DNA of 64,000 nucleotides from Paraspadella gotoi (Eukaryota; Animalia; Chaetognatha), in the NCBI GenBank assembly GCA_051294375.1, contig CM119270.1, positions 3,528,554 to 3,592,553 of the forward strand, read 5' to 3'. This document shows positions 39,694-64,000 of this stretch, one piece after another (the first letter of the stretch is position 1; every line of letters begins with the position of its first letter). The notes beneath the pieces were generated by a model, which saw nothing but the letters and a program-made list of their open reading frames with translations, searched no databases and was not told where the DNA came from. Made by a program: the position numbers and the translations under genes.

Positions 39694-41452
39694 GGTGAAA
39701 GTCAAGGGGGAGGCCTTAAGAATAACTGAAGATTGAAAGGGAAAATAAAAACGAATGTTGTGATTACGGTTTTGCCGCTGAGGCTTTTTTTTTTTTTTTT
39801 TTTTTTTTGGCGGCAGAGGCGGGTTTTTCAGAAAGTGCACACGTGCGCTCGGCCTGACATGGCAGCGTTCCGAGTCTTTTTTAATAATAACTTTAATAAA
39901 CAGGGGGATTTTCTGTTGTTTTTTTTAATTAATGCTTTTTTTTTCCGGTCGTCAATGAAAAACACTGTCTGCAAGAGGGCAGCGACTCAGTAAACTAACG
40001 TCGTTGTATATCTTAAACTGTTTTCATTTAATTATCATTTTGTTCGTTGATGAAGTAAACGAAAAAAAAATATGTTAATAAGAACGAAAATAAAAGAAAA
40101 AAAAACATTTTGCCAGTAATGCTTTGCTTTAAAGATATCTGCACGACTGGGGGAAAAAATAACTTTTCGTAACAAAGATTAAAAATGGAATAATGTATAT
40201 AATACTGACAAAAACTCTCTTTTTACTCTCACTCAAACTAAATGCTATTTTACAATTTTCTTTGAGAATAAAAACTTTTCAAAAGAGTCAATCATTGATA
40301 AAACAATTGCTGAAGGGTGAATTAACTAAAATTTAAAAAAAAAAAAACTTAAAATAAAATCAATAATCGGAAAAAGGAAAATGTTAATCACGAACGGAAT
40401 CAATGCATAAAACGAAGCTGTATTTAATAATAAAAAATGAAAAACTACATTCTGGTGATTTTCAAAACAAAAAATTGATAGTAAATTAAAACGATAAAAA
40501 GGGAAAAAAAGGGAAAGTCATCAACCGTCCATGATTAAATTCTCGGTGGAGACGCAATAAGTAACGGGTTTCTTTTTTTTCAACTTGTTATTTAACGTAA
40601 AAAAAAAAAAAAAGAACCCGAAATATTTTTAAATCGAACTGAAAAAAAAAAAAAAAGTAAATCGAATTCCACTTCCAGCTTCGGAGACGTCAAAGGACGG
40701 GGGGGGGGAGAGAAAGAGAGGGGGGGAGAGAAAAGAGGGGGAGTGGTTCTTTCGGCGGAATTGTAAGTGACCGCGAAGAAGATAACGGGAGGGACGAATG
40801 GGGAAGAGGGGGAGGAAATGTGGCCCGGGGGAGACAAAGGGGGCGGTGGGAGAGAGGAGGGAGGGGAGAGAAAGAGTGAAAAAAAGTATTATCTTAGAAG
40901 CTTAGTTTTTAATTTCTTCCTAGTTTCTTGAGAGAGAGAAAGAGAGAGAAAGAGAAACGGAGAGAGAGAGACAGAGAGCGTGAGACCAAGAGGGGCAAAG
41001 GGGTAGTAGAGAAGTGGGGAAATATTTTGTTTTTAGATCTTTTTTTTTTTTTTTTTTGGTCATTTTTTTTTTTGGTTTTTGTCAAATAAATAACTTTGGC
41101 CAAAACAAACATAGTTTCTCTCAAAAGAGATATAAATAACGTGAAAAGGCAGCGTGATTTTTTTGGCCAGAATGTGAATCGGGCCCGAAAAAAGAGAAGA
41201 TTGTTGGCCACAAGTCGAGAATAAGGGCGATGAGGGGAGAGAGGGAGAAGGGGGGGGGTAAGGGCGGAAGTTGAGGGGGGGATATGGGGTTTGAGGATGA
41301 TGACGGGTTGTTCTCCGTAAGAAATAGAAGAAGGAGGCGAAGCGGTCGTTCGTCGTCCCGGTTCCGAGGTGGTCGGTCGGTCGGTCAATGTCGGAGCGTC
41401 GATGTCGGATAATGATGATGAGACGATGATAAAAAATTAACAACACCGCTAT

Positions 41453-41551
<99 letters not shown>

Positions 41552-41662
41552 GCGGAGCGGTTTTATCGGCGGCGAGCGAAAAGGGGCGAGAGGTTGGTAG
41601 ACGCGGCGGGAAGAGAGAGCGGTGGTGGGAGGGAGAGGGGGGCGGGGAGAAGGGAATCCACC

Positions 41663-56185
<14,523 letters not shown>

Positions 56186-57682
56186 TTATAAATCATGAAG
56201 ATACTTATGAATTCAAAAGTAACAAGATGCCGATTTATGTTTGTCAGCGTTAATAATAAAGACTGTTTATCATCTTCCCTCTGATTCTGACGCATAAGAA
56301 AGAATTATTGCGAGTTTGACCGACGGATTAGACATTGAAAGACTGGATATATTGAGAAACGCATCAAAGTCAAAAGAGAAGAAAAAAATAGAAAAAAAAA
56401 TTAAAGAAATAAAGAAGAAAAAAAAGGGAAGGAAAAAAGAAAAGTAATAAAGAGAGAAGGAAGGATAGATAGATAGAAAGAAAGAAAAAAAGAAAGAAAG
56501 AAAGAAAGAAAAGAAAGAAAGAAAAGAAGGAAAAAAAAGAAAAGAAAGAGGAAAGAAAGAAGGAAAGAAGAAAAGAAAAGAAGAAATAAAAAATGAGAGA
56601 AGACAAAAGAGAAAAGAAACAGAAAACCAGAAGAAGAGAGGGAAAAAAATAAGAAAAAAGAAAAAAAAGAAAAAACAAAAGCTAAAAAATATATAAAAGA
56701 GAGAAATTCTATGAAAAAAAACCCCGAAAAAAAAAACACGATAGTCAACAGAAAGTTAAAGGGCAGAAAAGATCGAGGCGCGCAAAAAAAAATTAGTAAA
56801 ACGAGACCGACAACACGTAGTAACAAGTCGTCGACGAAAGTTCAAACGAAAAAAGAAAAAGAGAAAAAAAATCAGATGCTAATGGTAGGATTTCCTTCGA
56901 CTTTTCTCAAAACAAACAAAAACCTTGAGGATCACGTGACCTCAACCCCCCCAAACACTACTACTTAGTGAGAAAACGAAAGGTTGTGGAAAGCGCGTGG
57001 CCCGGATGGGAAGGGGGGATGTTTGGAGCGGGAGAGAGAGAGTTTTCCTAGGGAAAGATCAAAACGAGGAACGGATGAAGGGGTTTGAGAGAGAGAGAGA
57101 GATAGAGACAGAGAGAGAGAATTCCGAGGAATGTTTCATAGGGGGTAAGACGAAAATGAGGCGCAGGACTCCAGAGGAATTTTGAAGTTTCGCCCACCAA
57201 GTCTAGACATTTCTTTTTCTTTTGGAAGGCGGGGAAGGGACGGGCTGGCGAAAAGGAACAGCCTACCGAATCTATTGGCATCGACTGCAAATTTTATTAC
57301 TCCGAGTGGGGAAAGAAAAAAAAAGGCAGGAAGAAGGGGGAATAAATATATACATGTGGACTGTGCAGAGAATTATGGAAAAAAATGAGAGGAGGCAAAA
57401 TAATAAAAAAAAGAATGAAAATTAAGAAAAACAAAAAGGAGAAAATTAAGAGAAGTATCAAAGTGTTGGAAAAATGTGCGAATGAAATGAACCAAAAAAA
57501 GAAAGGGAACGCTAATTGGAATTCGGAAGAACAGAGAAAAAAGGGAGAGGAGAAAGACAATGAAGGAAATAATATTAGAAAAGAGGAAAGGAAAAGAGAA
57601 TGAGAAAATAGAGGATGAGAGGAAAAAGAAGCTGAAAGAAAGGGAAAAAATAAAAAAAGAAGAAACTGAAAGGTGGAAAGAT

Positions 57683-57905
57683 GGGCTCTTTTTTTCCAAG
57701 AGTGCCCCATATCTGTTCCTTTATCCCTGAATTTAATTTTAACCGTAACATTTAACCAAAACCCTTATTATATTTAACCCTAACCCTTATTTCTAACCCA
57801 AACATCTTTCACTAAACCTTTGTCCCTAACCCTAATCTCTAATCTAGTCCCTAACCTAAGCCCTAACTACATCCTTAACCCTAACTTTCAACCTAATCAT
57901 TAACT
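57683..57905 (-). mobile_element. TTAGGG-MITE partial copy, reverse orientation, inside an ELAV intron
   Basis: gggctctttttttccaagagtgccccat followed by a ccctaa array. Confidence 0.5.
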
Positions 57906-58442
57906 CAAAAAAATTAACCTTATTCCAAATTTAAGATAAAATGGAAAATAAGGCCAAAATATTTTTTAAAAAAGGAGAAGGGAAGAGAAAATAAAAATAG
58001 GAGAGAGAGAAATAGACAAGAATAGAATAAAATGGGAAAGGGAGAGGTACTGGAGAGTAAAGGAGGAAGAGGAGGAGGAGAGCAACACGGGTCGCTTGGG
58101 ACGAGCCGCTGTTTCTCGCCAGGGCAATGAAAAAAAAAGGAAACACTGCTTGGAAACGAAACTGGGGAAAAGTGGGGTAAGGATTGTGACATGGGGAAGG
58201 CTGGAAAGGAAAGGGTAGGGTTGCTTGGGGTGAAAACGAGGGAATAAAGATGGCAAACAGTAGGGTAAGTAGAGTAGTGGAGGTGATATTAAGAAAGAAA
58301 GAAGAATAAAAAAGAGAAGAAACGAGAGGAAAGAATGAAAGGAAGAAGAATGGATGAGGAAAAAAAACAGAAAGAAGAAAAAAAAATATAAAAACAAAGA
58401 ATGAGAAAGAGAATGAAAAAATAAAAGAAACCTAGGAAACCT

Positions 58443-58518
<76 letters not shown>

Positions 58519-59186
58519 AAAAAGAAAAAAAGAAAAAAGAAAAAAAGAAAGAAAAAAAGAAAGAAAAAAGAACAAAGGAAAGAAAATATTCCAAGAGAGG
58601 GTAAGGTCGAACATAGGGACGGCGGAATCGAAGTGGAATGGAAAAAGTGAGGAGATTCCGCCGCGGAATATTTTTCGGCAGAATCATCCGCCAACTTCGC
58701 GTGAAGGGAATTCTCGTGGTGAAGTTCCGCTTCGATAAATTCACGATTCTTTTCACACTTCACGATCTTTCCCTCCATCGATTCTTGAAAGAGAGGAAGA
58801 CCGACCGACCGACCGAAAAATGGGATGGAAAAGCGTCTCGGTTTGGGGGGCTCGGGTAATAGGGTTGAGAATACTGAGGGTTATTTTGAGAGAATATTTC
58901 ATGACAGACAGCTTTTGCAATAATTGGAAATGCAGAGGAAAAGTATCAATTTATTAAATACTAAATCTATACGTTTTACATTGATTTTACCAATTTTTTA
59001 ATATAAATAATAGTAATATTAATAATTATAATAATAATATTAATAATAATAGATAAATTTAAAAAATAAAAGGAAATTTTCTCAAATCGGACCTTTCGGT
59101 TCTAAAAAAGACTTGGCTGGATTTAAAAAAAAGATATATGACATTAAACAAAAGTCAGAGGGAAAGAGGAAATGACAGAAATAAGT

Positions 59187-59227
<41 letters not shown>

Positions 59228-61927
59228 CTGAGTTCTGAGAGAGAGCAATAGAGTAAGAGAGGAAAATAGCGAGAGAAAGAGAGAGACAGAGACAGATATG
59301 CAAAAACGGAAGAGGGGGAAAAACGGAATATCAAATGACGTTCGAAGAACCGTCTCTCTAAAAATACGCTTAATGCTTTTAGCCGCAGCGGCGTGAAGCC
59401 TGATAATATGAAAAGATGTGTCGTCCGCCGACGACGAATCTGAAAACTAATAAAAAAAGTTTTTTCTCTCTCTTTTTCTTTCTCTCTCCGTTTCTCTCTC
59501 TCTCGCTCTCTCTGTAACTCTCGCGTTAACGAGAGCTCAAATTTAAATATTAATAACGAAGCAGAAAACGTATCACTTTTTTTTTTTTTTGCGCTATTAG
59601 GTTTTTTCTTTTTTTATCCTTCTTCTTTAATCTTTTTAATCGCTTTTTACAGAAAAAAAAATAGAAATGATAAAATGGAGATTTTCATCTCTTGACTCCC
59701 TTCTCCCCCCCTCTAGGTAAGTGCTGAAGTGGAGGTGGAAAGGGTAAGGATTGGAGATGATAATGGGGAGGAGATGGGGACATGGAGGGAGAGATGAATC
59801 AGGGGGAAAGATGAAACGAATGTGAGAAGTAAAAGAGCGATAAAGAAGAGGAGTGGAGGAATCTCTGGAAAGTGGAAACTGACTTTTCTCTTACGACATC
59901 ATCGTCGTTGTCGTCGTTGTCAGTCACATCCTTTTTCTGCTCCATTGCGAATCTTAAAGTCGAGAAAGAGTGAAATCCAGGAAACCGACTAATATTCCGA
60001 TCAGCCTATGCTTTCCTAATAATACTCAAGTAAATGTAGTTATTACTATTAATAGGCCGGAGACATGACCCACGTGACTTATCACGTCCTCTATCAATCC
60101 CCACCACGCCCACGTCGGTCGACGATAATAAAGGAGTAGAGGAGGGAAATATTATTAATATAATTAATACTATTATTAATTCTTAGTAGTGATAATTGAG
60201 GGCGCTCTCCAATCATCACAACCAATGATGAAAACAATGCAGCTATCCAACAATCATCCGAACCATAAAACAGACTTTCTCAATCCAACCTCCAATCTTC
60301 TAAGCTCAACATAAGTAAAAAACCTTTTCTCCAAAAAAACTAAAACGCTCACTTCCCTTTCCTTTTAGGTAACTAAATTTCTCTCCCCCCCCACTTTTTT
60401 CTCCTGTCATATCGTGCCTCCCGTTTCTCCACCCCCCCTCCGGCCCCCCCCTCAAACAACGGTTTTAAAAACGCCGGGGAAACGAAAAGATCAAATCCGT
60501 AACGCAACGACTTCCAAACAAAAATGGAACTCGGGACACGCTAAGCCCGAGTTTGCTACGTCGTGAAGAGCGGGATGGAGAAAGGGGGTTGAATACAAAG
60601 CCGATCGGGGAAGAAGAGGTTGAAGAAGAGGGGGAGAGAAAGGGCGTTTTGAGACTATAGTAAGCCGATCGGGAATAGGAGGAGGCGACGTTAGGGATTA
60701 GGGGGAAAAAGGGGGAAAAAAAAAACGAAAGCGGAGAGAAAAATATCCTAGTCGCGTATGATAGGAGAAAAAAAAAGAAGGGGGATTTTAAAAAAAGTGA
60801 GAGGGAAGAATAGAAAAGAAGAGATAACGAAAATGGAAAGAGAGATGAATCCCGAAAATGATAGGAACTAAAGAGGGTAAAAAAAAAACGAAGAGTAGTA
60901 CTTCTCGTAAAAAAAAATGAAACAAAACCAGAATGGAAGCAAACTCGACAAATCGTGAACAAGGAATTAAATTATGAGTAAAGTGAAGAAGAGGGTAGGG
61001 AAGAGAGAAAACATGAGACACTGATAAAATAGCGAAATCCAGGGTTAAACGGAACAAGGTTTGCTCTCTTGAAATAGAACTTGAGAGAGGAAACCAGCAG
61101 GGCAAACAAACTGTGTGAAAAAATAAAGAGAAAGGAAGAAAAAAAAAGAAAGAAAGACAACGAAGATAATCAGTAAAGAAAACAAATGTGAGAGAAAAAA
61201 GAAAATACATGAGATCGGAATTCGGAAGTTTAGTATAAAATCAAGGGATGACGAGACGCAAAGGAGAAAACACAACCTCCACATCTCGATTATACGTCGA
61301 CGACTCCGACCGATATCTCTCTCTCTCTCTCTCCCTTTCCTTTTTCGTCGAGGATATAAAACGGAGGAACGAGAAAAGAAGAAGATACGTTTCTGAATAA
61401 CAAAACGACGGGGGGCTGGGGATATAAACGCCCGGAGAATTCATCCGGACGTACTCGCGGAAATAGAATGATTTATACATGTATAAAAAAAGGACAGTAA
61501 TAAAGAATAAAAAGGAGAGAATTGCAGCGCTAAAACCACGGGAGACGCTATCAATAACAGGGTTAGTGCGTATAATAAACTTCAAGAATTGACGCTAAAA
61601 TCAGAGAATGCCGTCCTTCGTTTGTAAGACACTGTACAATGTTAGTAGAACACTTAATACAGAAGTTTCTGTTTGTTACCCCAATTGCCTTCGACACAAG
61701 AAAAAAAAATCTGTTGGCATCCAAAACCTCGAGAACCGTAAAGTCTTTCAAGTTCTCCCAGAAAGTCAATGGTCTAGAATAATCGAATTGGGATTGAATG
61801 GCGCAGAATAATTGGAAAGTGAATACAAAACAAGTTTCTCCCCAATCGCTCCAGTTCAATCCTTCTCCCATTTCGTTAATATATATAAAATTAAGAAGTA
61901 GAAGAATTAAAACGTTTATTTTCTTAC

Positions 61928-61933
61928 CTGCTG
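61928..61933 (-). CDS. Candidate 6-nt ELAV microexon in the RRM1 loop (alternatively a 31-nt ATG exon 61928-61958)
   Basis: Branch-like actaat, ~75-nt AG-free pyrimidine tract, aag|CAGCAG|gtaaga; phase 1 fits exon 56139. Confidence 0.45.
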
Positions 61934-62696
61934 CTTGGCGGGAGTCGCACGAATCCATGGAAGAAAAAATAAAGGGGGGGAGGGAAAATAAAAGAATAAA
62001 TGATTAGTCGTTAATCCTAATTCGCTCAGTGAAAATCTCCCATTGGAAAAAATGAATCTACTATTTATTTATTCTCAAATGGTTTTTCCCCCGACCATTT
62101 TCTTTTCTAGAGAGGAAAAAAAAAGCTCAGACTATAGCTTTTTAATTGGCAAGTGGAAGAAAAAAAAAATTGCGATTCATTCATCAAATCGCAAACGATC
62201 TTTTTTTCTTATCATTCGAAAGGCAATGAATTTGTCGTAAACTTAACAAAATGTACGAATAGGGATCTCAATCGATATTTGACGCTGATATATGAAAATG
62301 TTTTGTAATAATTTAACAAAACAAAAACGAAAATTCGCATTTTAAGGTTTAAAAAAAAAACTATGAAATGAAGAATATTTCACCTTGTTACTGAAACATT
62401 GCATATTGCTATAGAATGGTTTTTTTTCTCCTTTCGTATCTAATATCTCTGCCTTAAAAAATACAATAATCGCCGCGTTCTCTGTTCTCAGCAAAAAAGT
62501 GTGGACATCAAAAAGGGTGAGACCATCGCTCCTCCCCCGCCCCCCCACCAAATAAAACTGAATCTCCTTGAGCGGAAGGACGGACGGGGACATGTTAAAA
62601 ACGAAAATGAAGTGGAATATGCTTTTAGCGCCAGAGGGCGAATTCCTGACGCGTCATTTCTCACGAAACCTTGACGCTCTTCTCTCTCTCTCTCTC

Positions 62697-62939
62697 NNNN
62701 NNNNNNNNNNNNNNNNNNNNNNNNNNNNNNNNNNNNNNNNNNNNNNNNNNNNNNNNNNNNNNNNNNNNNNNNNNNNNNNNNNNNNNNNNNNNNNNNNNNN
62801 NNNNNNNNNNNNNNNNNNNNNNNNNNNNNNNNNNNNNNNNNNNNNNNNNNNNNNNNNNNNNNNNNNNNNNNNNNNNNNNNNNNNNNNNNNNNNNNNNNNN
62901 NNNNNNNNNNNNNNNNNNNNNNNNNNNNNNNNNNNNNNN
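62697..62939. other. Assembly gap
   Basis: Run of n. Confidence 1.
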
Positions 62940-63322
62940 AAAAAACTTGAACACGAGAAACAAAAAACGTACAAAAGTCACAAAAGTAAAAAACATACAA
63001 ACTAAAACTTTGTCAAGCAGAATTTCTCATTTCACGGATCGGTCGGGATTATCGCCGGGCTTCCCGCCGCGACGAGACAAGCCCAGAAGATCTCGTTCCT
63101 GTTCGAAAACAAGACGGGCCTCTGTCTCTCGCTCTATCTCTCTCTTCCCCCCTTCGCCCCCCGATTCGATAACTTCTTTCCCCCCGTCGTTGCTTAATAC
63201 GAAAGCCGTCCAATTTATACAACACATTCCCGAATAATTTATTCTCGTCACGGAACATCTTCTCCCGCGAAAAAAAAGAGAAAAAGAAGAGAAGGGAAAT
63301 TCGCGAAGACAGCGGCCATTGG

Positions 63323-63369
<47 letters not shown>

Positions 63370-63702
63370 CAGTCCTCCACGGCGGCGTCGTCGTGACCCT
63401 TCTTGTTGTTGCCAGCGGCGGGAAGTCATGAATGTTTGAACAGGGGCACCGTTGTTGAAACGGTCCGAGGGAGCGAGAGGGGGGAAAGGGCGAGGCGAAG
63501 CAGGGGGAGCAGAACCGAAAGGCTTAAAAGGGGCAGAACCAAGGGAAACGATACGGGGAGGGATAGAGGGCTGGGGGCTGGGAGTAAGGATTACGAAATA
63601 AAGGGCAGAGGAAGAAACGCCGCATGGGCACTGGGCACTGTGGGCAGAGTCAAAGTAAGACCGGTAGCGCGCACAAATTCCGAGAAAGAAAAAAAGAAAG
63701 AG

Positions 63703-63762
<60 letters not shown>

Positions 63763-64000
63763 TGAGGGGATCAGCGGCCATCGCGAATCATCGCCCAGGG
63801 TCAGCGTCGCGGTCACCGAGCGCGCCGACCGGCAGTGCCGACCAGCAGGGCCGAGCGGCGCTGCCGAACCAGGGAAAGGAAGATGAAGCGGGAGAGCAAA
63901 GAGGGTAGAGTCAGATTATATGGGATAGGGGAGCGGAAAATGCACAACTGGACCGGGAAGGGGGAGCGGAACGAAACAGAGCGGCGAAAAGGCCGCAAAA

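Overview
Animal (invertebrate-type) genomic scaffold, AT-rich and dense in (AG)n, (GAC)n and (AAAG)n microsatellites. Most entries in the ORF track are low-complexity artefacts. Two spliced genes are clearly recognisable, both on the minus strand. (1) A divergent G-protein beta subunit (WD40) gene of about 11 coding exons at ~1.5-8.0 kb. Its 5' two-thirds recurs at 8.9-13.7 kb directly after a 25-N spacer; both copies carry independent indels, so this is most likely an unpolished long-read gap-fill artefact. (2) An ELAV/Hu three-RRM gene with exons from 56139 down to the stop at 41663; the exon for the first half of RRM1 was not found and probably lies beyond the window. The ELAV introns hold the most interesting signal: an in-frame alternative terminal exon that would swap RRM3 for a ~237-aa Pro/Ala-rich tail, several frame-preserving phase-2 hinge cassettes (24, 42 and 273 nt), and a candidate 6-nt microexon in the RRM1 loop. 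Between the genes lie a decayed Tc1-type transposase, a MITE family carrying TTAGGG tracts, a structured tRNA-headed SINE-like repeat, a HINE-like element, minisatellites and a possible orphan + strand gene at ~33-34.7 kb. All splice models were read by eye, without transcript data or database searches.
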